Shown here piece by piece: positions 13,607 to 23,334 of a stretch of DNA of 24,070 bases. Origin of the DNA: Clostridia bacterium (GTDB lineage: Bacteria; Bacillota; Clostridia; Oscillospirales; CAG-272). Numbering within the stretch: the stretch's first letter is position 1; every line of letters starts with the position of its first letter. A model generated the notes under the pieces. It did no database searches. It was not told the DNA's origin and saw only the letters and a list, made by a program, of their open reading frames with translations. The stretch spans positions 1-24,070 of the forward strand of contig JAFQOC010000591.1 of the NCBI GenBank assembly GCA_017420845.1, read 5' to 3'. A program made the translations under genes and the position numbers.

Positions 13607-14743
13607 ATGAATCAAGATTATCTTCACGTAACGAAGTATGAGGTCCTCGGGCAGCTGCCCGACCTCTTCACATTTCAGGACGGTACCCCCGTTGAAACAC
13701 CGAAAGACTGGAAAAGACGCCGTACCGAGTTGTACCGGACTGCCGTAGAGCTTCAGTACGGTACCCTGCCGCCCAAGCCCGAGTTTATGGAGGTCGAGAC
13801 TCTCTATATTGGTGCCAAGGTACGCTCCTACCGGATTCATACGGGTACGAAAGCGGCTCCCGTCAGCTTCCTGATGAAGCTGGTACTTCCTACCGGCGGG
13901 TATCATTATCCGGCCATCATTGACGGCGATATGTGCTTCCCCTATCACATGGACAGTGAGTACCTTGCCGCCGCCACCGATGAAGGCGTGGCCTGGGTAT
14001 TCTTTGACCGCACCGAGCTGGCCCACGATATACAGGGTGAGGGCCGCCGCAAGGGTCAGCTGTATGACACCTACCCCGATTACACCTTTGGCGCAATCGG
14101 TGCCTGGGCGTGGGGATACTCCTGCTGTGTGGATGCTCTGGAGATCATCTGTAAGGATCAGGAAAAGCCTCTTATCGATCTTTCCCTGATTGCCTTTTCG
14201 GGGCATTCTCGAGGCGGCAAGACTGCCGCTCTGGCCGGGGCCGTGGATACACGTGCGGCTATCGTGAATCCCAACGAGACCTGTGCCGGTGCTTGCGGCT
14301 GTTACCGCATTCACATTGAGGGCTACTGCGACGGCATCCCGCCTTTCCGTTCCGAGACCCTGGCCGATCTGTGGCGGAACTATTCCTTCTGGATGGGCCC
14401 CGGCATGGGAGACTACGCTAACCGTGAGGACGAGCTTCCGTTTGATGCTCACTTTCTGAAAGCCATGATAGCTCCCCGTGTTCTCTTTGTTTCGGAGGCG
14501 GCCGGAGATCTTTGGGCCAATCCCGTGGGCTCCTGGATGACCACCATGGCTGCCGGAAAAGCATTCGGGTTTTTGGGCGTGCCGGATAACCTATACTGGT
14601 ACTTCCGTGAAGGAACGCACTATCACACGGTGGGTGACGTGAAAATGCTTGTACATATTATCAAGCGGCAGAGAGATCCCTCCCTGCCTCTGCCCGAGGC
14701 CTTTTATAAAACGCCCTTCCCTCCCTTTGATCCCATCTATTGA
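13607..14743 (+). CDS. CE15 glucuronoyl esterase-family protein, cytoplasmic, 378 aa
   Basis: RBS AAAGGAG; LPDLFTFQDG, GAIGAWAWG, nucleophile elbow GHSRGGK (14201-14221), LPFDAHFLKAMIAPR, DLWANP, REGTH; no signal peptide. Confidence 0.85.
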   Translation: MNQDYLHVTKYEVLGQLPDLFTFQDGTPVETPKDWKRRRTELYRTAVELQYGTLPPKPEFMEVETLYIGAKVRSYRIHTGTKAAPVSFLMKLVLPTGGYHYPAIIDGDMCFPYHMDSEYLAAATDEGVAWVFFDRTELAHDIQGEGRRKGQLYDTYPDYTFGAIGAWAWGYSCCVDALEIICKDQEKPLIDLSLIAFSGHSRGGKTAALAGAVDTRAAIVNPNETCAGACGCYRIHIEGYCDGIPPFRSETLADLWRNYSFWMGPGMGDYANREDELPFDAHFLKAMIAPRVLFVSEAAGDLWANPVGSWMTTMAAGKAFGFLGVPDNLYWYFREGTHYHTVGDVKMLVHIIKRQRDPSLPLPEAFYKTPFPPFDPIY

Positions 14744-14773
14744 GAAAAACCAATGTTCTGTAAGGAGGCTCAT

Positions 14774-17335
14774 ATGAACGATACCAGATTGCTCGAGGTT
14801 CTTACCCGACAGGAGGATAATTATCTCCTCCCCTTTTATTGGCAGCACGGCACTCACCGCGACCGTATTCCCGCTCAAATACAGCGAATTTATGAGAGCG
14901 GATGTCGCGCGGTGTGTGTAGAATCCCGTCCTCACCCTGATTTTTGCGGTCCCAACTGGTGGGCCGATATGGATGTGATCCTGGATGAGTGCGCAAAACG
15001 AGATATGAAGGTCTGGATTCTGGATGATAAGAAATTCCCGACAGGCTACGCCAACGGTCTGATCGAAAAGAAGTATCCCTACCTACGCCAACGTGAGATC
15101 ATTGAGGAACACGTAGATGTTCTGGGTCCTGCTCCCGATACGGCTTTTCTGGTGAATCACACCGTCAAGGATGATGAGACCTTGGGTGTGTATGCGTTCC
15201 GTCGGGCAGACGAGGGAGAAGCCCTCGTGGGTCCTCCCATCGATCTGACGCCTACCCTCTCGGAGGGATACGTCTACTGGGACGTTCCCGAGGGATGCTA
15301 TCGCGTATTCTTCTATACCAAGTCCTTCCGCGGAAGCCGGGGCAACTATATTGACATGATCACCCCTGAATCCTGCCGTGTGCTTTTGGAGGGTGTATAT
15401 GAACCTCATTATGAGCATTATGCCAAATACTTCGGGAACACACTCGTGGGCTTCTTCTCAGACGAGCCTTCCTTTGGTAATGGCATGGCAACCCGTCACC
15501 CTACGGATCCCAGCGGTCATGAGCGCACGTTGGGCACGGTGGGCATCGCGCTTCCTTATTCCCCCAAGGTGATCGAATATATGTCCGCTGAAATGGGAGA
15601 GGATGCCGTCCCCTATCTGGGCGAGCTGTGGTTCAGTAGTGAGCACGCTCCCGTTACACGACTGGCCTATATGAATGCCATCACCCGCCTGTATCGGGAT
15701 AATTTCTGCTATTTGGTGGGCAACTGGTGCCGCGACCACGGTGTCATGTACATCGGTCATGTCATCGAGGACTATAACTGCCACGCACGAACCTGCGGCG
15801 GTACGGGACACTACTTCCGGGCGTTGGAAGGGCAGGATATGGCGGGAATTGACATTGTCTTGCATCAGGTTATGCCCGGTATGGCACATCATATCCATAA
15901 TTGCAGCCTGGGAACCGGCATCAGCGATCCGGCGTTTTATCATTACGTTCTGGGTCAACTGGGTGCTTCCCTCGCCCATCAGTATCCCCAAATGAAGGGG
16001 AGAGCGCTGTGCGAAGAATTCGGCGCATACGGTTGGGCAGAGAGCAGTACCATGATGAAGTGGATCACGGACTTCTTGTTGGTGCGGGGCATCAACCATT
16101 TCGTCCCCCATGCCTTTTCTCCCGATTATCCTGATCCCGATTGTCCTCCTCACTTTGGTGCAGAGGGGCACGACCCTCAGTTTGAGGGCTTTACAAAGCT
16201 CATGAACTACACCAATCAGGCAGCGCACCTGCTGTACGGTGGGGAGCATATCACTTCCTGCGCCATTCTGTACCACGCTGAAGGCGAGTGGATGAACAAC
16301 AAGGGCGAGTATATGTTCACCCAAGTCCCCGCTAAAGCGCTGTTGGACGGACATCTATGCTACGATATCATCTGTCAGGAAACCTTGGAGGCCGCCCGCG
16401 TCGAAAATGGTAAGCTGGTTGTCAACGGAGAGGTGTACGGTGCATTGGTCGTACCTTACGGACAGGTGCTGAACCACGCGCTGACCCCGGAGGTCAAGCG
16501 GCTCTTGGAAGCAGGTGTACCCGTGCTTCTTTGCGGTGGCAGACCTGAGGGCTTGGAGGGTGAGGTCATTTCCGCCTCGGAGCTCCCCGCCCGCATTCGG
16601 GAGCTGGGTCTGGCCGATATCACCGTGGAGGGAGATTGCCCCCTGCTCCGTCATTATCATGTGCGGAGAAACGGTGCGGATGTATTCATGTTCTTCAATG
16701 AGGACAGTATTCATACCGCTGATGCTACGGTCACGTTGCCCGTAAACGGAGATTTCGCTCGTCTGCGTCTTTTGGAGGATGGAGCCCATCGCGATGTCAC
16801 AGAGAACGGGCGAATCCGCGTAAAGCTATTGCCCGGGCAATCTGAGATCTTGGTTTTCGGTGACGAAGCCGTGGCAGAGCTACCGATTCTTCCCGCCATT
16901 TCGTATACTATACCGCTGGCTCCCCATTATACCATCGAGCTGGCAAGCTCCGAGGATCTGACCTCCTTCGAATTTTATAAGGAGACAGACAAGCTGGTCA
17001 ATATGACCGCATCTTCTGAAAAGCCTGCCTTCTCGGGTATTATGCGCTACTCCTTTGAGCTGTCATTGGATAGTATTCCTTCCCTTGCCGCTTTGGATCT
17101 GGGACGGGTTGGGCAGACGGCAAAGGTGTTCGTAAATGACAGCTTCGCGGGCTTACGCATTTCCGCTCCTTACGTGTTCCCCATCTCCCATCTGCTGCGA
17201 GAGGGGCAAAACGCCGTAAGAGTGGAGGTCGCCAATACCTTGGTCGGCAAAGAGCGGGATCGATTCTCACAGAACATGCCTATCCCGCCCTCAGGACTTC
17301 TCGGCCCTGTACAAATTCTTGTATATCAATCCTGA
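14774..17335 (+). CDS. GH106-like glycoside hydrolase (putative alpha-L-rhamnosidase) with C-terminal GH2-type sugar-binding domain, 853 aa
   Basis: RBS AAGGAGG; KVWILDDKKFPTG, FFSDEP, AGIDIV, CEEFGAYGW, RGINHFVPHAF, LDLGRVGQTAKVFVN...GQNAVRVEVANT; no signal peptide. Confidence 0.72.
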   Translation: MNDTRLLEVLTRQEDNYLLPFYWQHGTHRDRIPAQIQRIYESGCRAVCVESRPHPDFCGPNWWADMDVILDECAKRDMKVWILDDKKFPTGYANGLIEKKYPYLRQREIIEEHVDVLGPAPDTAFLVNHTVKDDETLGVYAFRRADEGEALVGPPIDLTPTLSEGYVYWDVPEGCYRVFFYTKSFRGSRGNYIDMITPESCRVLLEGVYEPHYEHYAKYFGNTLVGFFSDEPSFGNGMATRHPTDPSGHERTLGTVGIALPYSPKVIEYMSAEMGEDAVPYLGELWFSSEHAPVTRLAYMNAITRLYRDNFCYLVGNWCRDHGVMYIGHVIEDYNCHARTCGGTGHYFRALEGQDMAGIDIVLHQVMPGMAHHIHNCSLGTGISDPAFYHYVLGQLGASLAHQYPQMKGRALCEEFGAYGWAESSTMMKWITDFLLVRGINHFVPHAFSPDYPDPDCPPHFGAEGHDPQFEGFTKLMNYTNQAAHLLYGGEHITSCAILYHAEGEWMNNKGEYMFTQVPAKALLDGHLCYDIICQETLEAARVENGKLVVNGEVYGALVVPYGQVLNHALTPEVKRLLEAGVPVLLCGGRPEGLEGEVISASELPARIRELGLADITVEGDCPLLRHYHVRRNGADVFMFFNEDSIHTADATVTLPVNGDFARLRLLEDGAHRDVTENGRIRVKLLPGQSEILVFGDEAVAELPILPAISYTIPLAPHYTIELASSEDLTSFEFYKETDKLVNMTASSEKPAFSGIMRYSFELSLDSIPSLAALDLGRVGQTAKVFVNDSFAGLRISAPYVFPISHLLREGQNAVRVEVANTLVGKERDRFSQNMPIPPSGLLGPVQILVYQS

Positions 17336-17393
17336 ACTTTTTCCTACACATCGTTTGAGCATTGAGCGGTTTTCCCGAACAGGAGGTTGAATT

Positions 17394-18674
17394 ATGAAAA
17401 ACACAGCTTTGGAACAGGTCATCCAATTTGGCGAAGGCGGTTTTCTCCGCGGCTTTGCGGATTGGATGCTGCAAAAAATGACAGATGTCGGAGCTTTTGA
17501 CAGCAAAGTCGTGGTCGTACAACCTATTGAAAAAGGCATGTGCGATCTATTGACAGCACAGAATTGCCAATACACCCACATCATTCGCGGCGCGGAGGGC
17601 GTGGAGACCTCGGTCATCGACGTGATCTCCCGTTGTGTCAAGCCCTATGAGGATTGGGAAGCCTACCTGTCCCTGGCGGATATTCCTTCCATGAGATTCA
17701 TTATTTCCAACACCACGGAGTCGGGCATCGTGTTCTGCGAGACGGATATTCCCGAAAACGCGCCCTTTATTTCTTTCCCTGCCAAGCTCACTCTGCTCAT
17801 GAAGCGCAGATTCGAGCAAGGACTGGGGGGCTTTATCCTTCTGCCCTGCGAGCTGATCGACCGAAACGGCGATAATCTCAAGCGGTGCGTTTTTCAGTAT
17901 GCCGAGCTCTGGGGCTTGGGTGATGATTTCAAGGCATGGGTAGAGGAAGAGAATATCTTTACCAACACCTTGGTGGATCGCATCAATACGGGCTATCCAA
18001 AGGGTGAAGAGCTGCATCTGGGCTACGAGGATGCCATGGTCAATACCTCGGAGTATTTCCATCTGTGGGTCATTGAGACGGAATACGACATTGAGAAGGA
18101 ACTGCCCTTCTCGGCGGCGGGACTCAATGTGATCGTAACCAGGGACAAGCTGGAAATGTACCGCACCCGCAAGGTGCGTATTCTGAACGGCGCCCATACC
18201 TCCCTGGTTCCCTATGCCCTGCTGTCGGGCCTGGATACGGTGGGCTCCTGCATGGAGGACGAAACCATGAAGGAGCATATCCGCAAGTGCGTGTTTGATG
18301 AGATCATTCCCACGCTGGATCTCCCCCGCGACGAGTTGATTGACTACGCGAACAACGTGCTGATTCGTTTTTCCAACCCCTACATCAAGCACTATCTGTC
18401 CTCCATTGCGCTCAATTCGGTCAGCAAGTTCAAGGTGCGGGTACTGCCTTCCATTCTGGAGTATCACAAGCGGTTCGGTGTGTATCCCCCCACCCTGACC
18501 TTCGCCTTTGCCAAGCTGATCGAATTCTACCGCACCGATATGACCAATGATGCCCCCGACGTGGTGGCGTTTATGAAAACGGCATCCGTCAAGGAGATCC
18601 TGTCCAAGACCGAATATTGGGGCGAGGATCTGACATGTCTGTACGACGAGGTAGCACGCTATGTGGATCCATAA
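17394..18674 (+). CDS. uxaB: Tagaturonate reductase (altronate oxidoreductase)
   Basis: IQFGEGGFLRGFADW, ISNTTESGI, FPAKLT, LPCELID, NTLVDRI, KVRILNGAHT, RFSNPYIKH, SIALNSVSKF; RBS AGGAGG. Confidence 0.93.
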   Translation: MKNTALEQVIQFGEGGFLRGFADWMLQKMTDVGAFDSKVVVVQPIEKGMCDLLTAQNCQYTHIIRGAEGVETSVIDVISRCVKPYEDWEAYLSLADIPSMRFIISNTTESGIVFCETDIPENAPFISFPAKLTLLMKRRFEQGLGGFILLPCELIDRNGDNLKRCVFQYAELWGLGDDFKAWVEEENIFTNTLVDRINTGYPKGEELHLGYEDAMVNTSEYFHLWVIETEYDIEKELPFSAAGLNVIVTRDKLEMYRTRKVRILNGAHTSLVPYALLSGLDTVGSCMEDETMKEHIRKCVFDEIIPTLDLPRDELIDYANNVLIRFSNPYIKHYLSSIALNSVSKFKVRVLPSILEYHKRFGVYPPTLTFAFAKLIEFYRTDMTNDAPDVVAFMKTASVKEILSKTEYWGEDLTCLYDEVARYVDP

Positions 18675-20037
18675 GCTGGATAACGTGGAGATCGATCTGA
18701 CGGACGGCCACAAGTACGCGCGGCAGGATCTGCAGGTCGGTGATCTTATCATTAAATACGGCAACCCCATCGGGCACGCCACCGCGCCCATCCGCAAGGG
18801 CGAGCACGTCCATACCCACAACATGAAAACCAACCTATCGGGGATCATTGAGTACAGCTATACGCCCCGAAAGGATTTTCCCCGCGAGACTCCTGCAACG
18901 GATGTGCCCTGCTTTATGGGCTACGTCCGCCCGAATGGGGACGTAGGCATCCGAAACGACGTCTTTATCGTCAATACGGTGGGCTGTGTCAACAAGATCT
19001 CGGAGCGCTTGGCCGCCTTGACGGGGGCTGTCGCCTTTCCCCATCCCTTCGGTTGCTCCCAGCTGGGAGAGGATCAAGCCGTCACTCAGTTCATTCTCAA
19101 AGGTATCGTCAACCACCCCAACGCGGCGGGCGTACTGGTTTTGGGTCTGGGCTGCGAGAATAACAACATCGAGGTATTCAAAACAGTTCTGGGCGATTGG
19201 TCCCCCGAGCGGGTCAAATTTCTGAACTGCCAGGATCACGAGGACGAGATCGCGGAGGGCGTACGCCTGATTCGCGAATTGCAGGCATATGCAGACACCT
19301 TTGTTCGTCAGCCCGTGCCTGTGTCAGCCTTGCGGGTGGGACTGAAATGCGGCGGTAGCGACGGCTACAGCGGCATTACCGCCAACCCCTTGGTAGGTCG
19401 CTTTTCGGATAAGCTGATCTCTATGGGCGGCTCCTGCGTTCTGACCGAGGTTCCCGAAATGTTCGGTGCCGAGCATCTTCTCATGGCCAGAGCCGAAAGC
19501 GAGGATGTGTTCCGCAAAATTGTAGATCTCATTAACAATTTCAAGGCCTACTACGAAAAGCACGGCCAGGTGATCTACGAGAATCCCTCCCCCGGGAACA
19601 AGAAGGGCGGAATCACGACCTTGGAGGAAAAGTCTCTTGGCTGTGTGCAAAAGGCGGGCAGCGCGCCCGTCGTGGACGTGCTGGACTACGGTGATACGGT
19701 GCGGCGGGGCGGTCTCTCCCTGCTGAATGGCCCGGGAAACGATCTGGTCGCCATTACCAATCTCTTTGCCGCAGGTGTACATATGATCCTATTCACCACG
19801 GGCAGAGGTACGCCCGTGGGAAGCGGTGTGCCTACAGTCAAGATCGCCACCAATCAAGGGTTGGCAACCCAAAAAGCCTCGTGGATCGACTTTGATGCAA
19901 GCCCCATCTTGGAGGGCATGGATCTGACAGATGAACTGTTTGATTACGTGCTTCGGGTAGCAGGCGGAGAAAAATCGAAAAACGAGACTTACGGATATAA
20001 AGAAATATCCATTTTTAAGCAAGGCGTTACGTTGTAA
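18661..20037 (+). CDS. uxaA: Altronate dehydratase (short SAF domain + catalytic domain)
   Basis: GHKYA..IKYG.PIG..HVHTHN.KTNL, GIRND, HPFGCSQLG, GLGCENN, GLKCGGSDG.SGITANP, NPSPGNKKGGITTLEEKSLG, FTTGRGTP; overlaps uxaB by 14 bp. Confidence 0.95.
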   Translation: MWIHKLDNVEIDLTDGHKYARQDLQVGDLIIKYGNPIGHATAPIRKGEHVHTHNMKTNLSGIIEYSYTPRKDFPRETPATDVPCFMGYVRPNGDVGIRNDVFIVNTVGCVNKISERLAALTGAVAFPHPFGCSQLGEDQAVTQFILKGIVNHPNAAGVLVLGLGCENNNIEVFKTVLGDWSPERVKFLNCQDHEDEIAEGVRLIRELQAYADTFVRQPVPVSALRVGLKCGGSDGYSGITANPLVGRFSDKLISMGGSCVLTEVPEMFGAEHLLMARAESEDVFRKIVDLINNFKAYYEKHGQVIYENPSPGNKKGGITTLEEKSLGCVQKAGSAPVVDVLDYGDTVRRGGLSLLNGPGNDLVAITNLFAAGVHMILFTTGRGTPVGSGVPTVKIATNQGLATQKASWIDFDASPILEGMDLTDELFDYVLRVAGGEKSKNETYGYKEISIFKQGVTL

Positions 20038-20070
20038 CTGCCCTTGCAAGAAAGGACGGTATATAAGTTT

Positions 20071-21363
20071 ATGCGACAGGAAGAGTATTTCCCCGATGGG
20101 ACAAGGATCGATGATTGGTTTTATGAAGAGTCCTTTCCACGGCTTGAGGATCTCGGGAAGCAATACGTTCTTACACAGTACGGCATTGCAGACGATGGCA
20201 ATCTCTACACGGAAAAGATTCAAAACCTGATTGACGAGATCCATGCCACAGGCGGCGGTGTTGTAGTTGTTCCTGCCGGCACGTATCGGACGGGCGCGCT
20301 GTTTTTCAAGCAGGGTGTTCACCTGTATCTTTCCTCGGGAGCGATTCTGCTGGGTAGTGACGATATTGCCGATTATCCCATCGTGAAGACCCGCATTGAA
20401 GGTGAAACATGCCTGTATTTTGCCGCATTGATCAATGTAGAATCCACGAAGGGTTTTACTCTTTGCGGAGAAGGCATGATAGACGGAAACGGTCTGCGCT
20501 CCTGGAAGGCCTTTTGGTTGCGTCGGAAGTGGAACGGCAGCTGTACCAATAAGGACGAGCAACGCCCCCGTCTTCTCTATATCGCCAATTCCTCTGATGT
20601 GACCATTCATGGCGTTTCCCTATGCAATTCCCATTTTTGGACAACACATATATACAAATGCCATCATGTGCGGTACACCGGGTGTTCGATCTTCGCTCCC
20701 CGATCTCCCGTCCATGCTCCCAGCTCGGATGCCATTGACATCGATGCCTGCTCCTATGTGCACGTGAAGGCTTGCCGTATGGAGGTAGCAGATGACGCTG
20801 TCGTGCTAAAGGGTGGTAAAGGCCCCTGGGCAGACACGGATGAGAACAATGGCATGAACGAGAGTATTCTGATCGAAGATTGCGAAATCGTTGCTTGCGA
20901 CGCGGCGCTCACGTGCGGCTCGGAGTCCATTCACAATCGGAATGTGATCCTGAGAAAATGCCGGGTCTCTCGTCTGCAAAGTGTGCTTCATTTGAAATTG
21001 CGTCCCGATACGCCGCAACGCTATGAGCACATTCGAGTTGAAGATGTGAACGGAAGCTGCCGCTTCTTCGTGACCGCGAGACCGTGGACTCAGTTTTATG
21101 ACCTGAAGGATCGGACGGATATCCCCATGTCCTATGCAGATCAGATCACCATTCGTGATTGTTCCGTAATCTGTCAGACCTTTTTGAACATGGCCCTCAA
21201 CAAAGAGCACGGACAAATCACGAGTTTTTCCTTGAAAAATCTACACATACAAGCATACATGTATAAAGCGGACGAATGCCCCGAAGAAGATCTTACCCTT
21301 CACGATGTCATCGTGGAAGCAGTCGAGCCCGATGCATGGAAGAATAAAAAGGAGGCTATATGA
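20071..21363 (+). CDS. GH28 polygalacturonase-family enzyme, cytoplasmic, 430 aa
   Basis: GGGVVVVPAGTYRTGALFFK, IEG, G.GMIDGNG, RPRL, NSHFWTTH, SSDAID, DDAVVLKGG, TCGSE; no signal peptide. ATG 20071 preferred over TTG 20044, but RBS spacing is long. Confidence 0.88.
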   Translation: MRQEEYFPDGTRIDDWFYEESFPRLEDLGKQYVLTQYGIADDGNLYTEKIQNLIDEIHATGGGVVVVPAGTYRTGALFFKQGVHLYLSSGAILLGSDDIADYPIVKTRIEGETCLYFAALINVESTKGFTLCGEGMIDGNGLRSWKAFWLRRKWNGSCTNKDEQRPRLLYIANSSDVTIHGVSLCNSHFWTTHIYKCHHVRYTGCSIFAPRSPVHAPSSDAIDIDACSYVHVKACRMEVADDAVVLKGGKGPWADTDENNGMNESILIEDCEIVACDAALTCGSESIHNRNVILRKCRVSRLQSVLHLKLRPDTPQRYEHIRVEDVNGSCRFFVTARPWTQFYDLKDRTDIPMSYADQITIRDCSVICQTFLNMALNKEHGQITSFSLKNLHIQAYMYKADECPEEDLTLHDVIVEAVEPDAWKNKKEAI

Positions 21364-22748
21364 GCTATTTACAGGACAAATTTCTATTGACGACCAAAAC
21401 GGCGGCGCAGCTTTATTTCGACTATGCGAAGGACATGCCCATATTCGATTATCACTGTCATCTGTCCGAGCAGCAGATCCTGGCTAACGAGCCCTGCACG
21501 GATCTGTGCGAGCTGTGGCTGGGCGGTGATCATTACAAGTGGAGACTCATGCGGAACTATGGCATTGACGAGGCCTATATCACAGGCGATAAGAGCCCTA
21601 AAGAGCGTTTCGCCGCATTCTGCAAGGTGCTTGGTACTGCCTACGGGAACCCTATCTACCATTGGTCTCAGCTGGAGCTGAAGAGCTTTTTCGCCTGCGA
21701 TCTGGAGATCAACGAAAAGAACGCAGATGCTATTCTGGAGCATTGCAATCGCTATATGGCGGAGCATCGCGTTACCCCGCAATCTTTGATCGAATCCTCG
21801 GGTGTAAAGGTTCTTTGTACCACCAACGAGGTCTTTGATGATCTGACCGTGTTCGACGAAATCGCCAAGAAGGACTACGCATTCCGCGTTTTCCCCGCCT
21901 TCCGCGCCGATCGGATCATGAATATTGAGGCTTCCAATTATCTGACCTTCCTCGGCAAGCTGGAAGCATTGACTCATACCATCACGAGTCTCGGTGAGCT
22001 GGAATCCGCCCTGGAGCAACGTCTCACAGAGTTCATCAAGCGGGGAACCTGCGCCAGCGATATTGCGCTGGAAAAGGTATATGTGATCCCGTCCTTTGAG
22101 GAGGCGGATCGGGTACTGCGGTCGGCTCTGTGCGGCAACTCCGTCAGCACGTCCGATGCCGAAATATTCAAGGGATATCTGACCTACTTCCTTATGAAGC
22201 TGTACGCCAAGCACGGCATCGCTACCGAACTGCATATTGGCGCTATGCGGAACAACAATTCCCGCATGTTTGGGAAGTTGGGGCCGGATACCGGCTACGA
22301 TAGTATTTCCGATACCAACAGCATCACCGAGTTGTCCCGACTTCTGGACCGCTTGGACAGTGAAGGCATGCTGCCGAAAACCATTATTTTCAATCTGAAT
22401 CCCAAGATGAATCCCGAAATCATGACCCTCATCGGTTGTTTCCAGGGAAGTGAGGCCAAGGGCAAGATCCAGTTTGGTGCCGCCTGGTGGTTCCTGGATA
22501 ACAAAGTCGGTATGGAGCGCCATTTGGAGGATCTGACGGCTACTGGACATATCGCCACCTTCGTGGGTATGCTCACCGACAGCCGTTCCCTTCTCTCCTA
22601 TCCCCGTCATCAGTATTTCCGTCGGATTCTGTGCAGCTATCTGGGTGCCATGATGGAGCGGGGCGAGATGACTGCGGACGTAGAATCTGTAGGATCCGTG
22701 GTTCAGGATATTTGTTTCCGGAATGCTCTGGAATATTTCAATGTCTGA
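21360..22748 (+). CDS. uxaC: Uronate (glucuronate/galacturonate) isomerase
   Basis: PIFDYHCHL, GDHYKWRLMR, GNPIYHW, LHIGAMRNNN, QFGAAWWFLD, MLTDSRS.LSYPRH.YFRRILC; ATGA overlap with GH28. Confidence 0.96.
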   Translation: MSYLQDKFLLTTKTAAQLYFDYAKDMPIFDYHCHLSEQQILANEPCTDLCELWLGGDHYKWRLMRNYGIDEAYITGDKSPKERFAAFCKVLGTAYGNPIYHWSQLELKSFFACDLEINEKNADAILEHCNRYMAEHRVTPQSLIESSGVKVLCTTNEVFDDLTVFDEIAKKDYAFRVFPAFRADRIMNIEASNYLTFLGKLEALTHTITSLGELESALEQRLTEFIKRGTCASDIALEKVYVIPSFEEADRVLRSALCGNSVSTSDAEIFKGYLTYFLMKLYAKHGIATELHIGAMRNNNSRMFGKLGPDTGYDSISDTNSITELSRLLDRLDSEGMLPKTIIFNLNPKMNPEIMTLIGCFQGSEAKGKIQFGAAWWFLDNKVGMERHLEDLTATGHIATFVGMLTDSRSLLSYPRHQYFRRILCSYLGAMMERGEMTADVESVGSVVQDICFRNALEYFNV

Positions 22749-22776
22749 AATTCCTAAGGAGAAGAAGGTTATTCAT

Positions 22777-23334
22777 ATGGAAAAATTTATCCCTGTTGTG
22801 GTCATCAAGGAACTGTCCGAGACAGATAGAATTTTGACAGCCCTCAAGCACAGCAAAATTAACTGCGCCGAGATCACCTTTCGCACATCCTGTGCCGCTG
22901 AAGCAATTACTTATGCTGTAGCTAACTATCCCGACATGGAGATCGGTGCAGGCACCGTTATCAACGCCGAACAATGTGAGGCCGCGCTGGCTGCAGGTGC
23001 CACCTTCATCGTGTCCCCCGGTTTATCTCCATCGGTTGCCAAAATCTGCAACGAGCGAGACATCCCCTACTATCCGGGTTGCGTGACCCCCACCGAAATA
23101 ATGGCTGCCTTGGAATTGGGTATCACTACTGTAAAATTCTTCCCCGCCAACGTTTATGGCGGTTTGAAGGCACTGAAGGCCTTGTCCTCCCCCTTCCCTC
23201 AGGTGAAGTTCATTCCCACGGGGGGCGTGGATCGCTCTAATATTGACGAATTTTTAGCCTTTGACAAGGTGGCGGCCATCGGCGGTAGTTTCTTTGTCAA
23301 GGAATCTCTGGAAAAGATGGAGGCAAACAAATGA
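22777..23334 (+). CDS. eda: KDPG/KHG aldolase
   Basis: AEITFRT, IGAGTV, FIVSPG, PGCVTPTE, VKFFPA (Schiff-base Lys), FIPTGGV; start chosen from AAGG spacing. Confidence 0.93.
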   Translation: MEKFIPVVVIKELSETDRILTALKHSKINCAEITFRTSCAAEAITYAVANYPDMEIGAGTVINAEQCEAALAAGATFIVSPGLSPSVAKICNERDIPYYPGCVTPTEIMAALELGITTVKFFPANVYGGLKALKALSSPFPQVKFIPTGGVDRSNIDEFLAFDKVAAIGGSFFVKESLEKMEANK

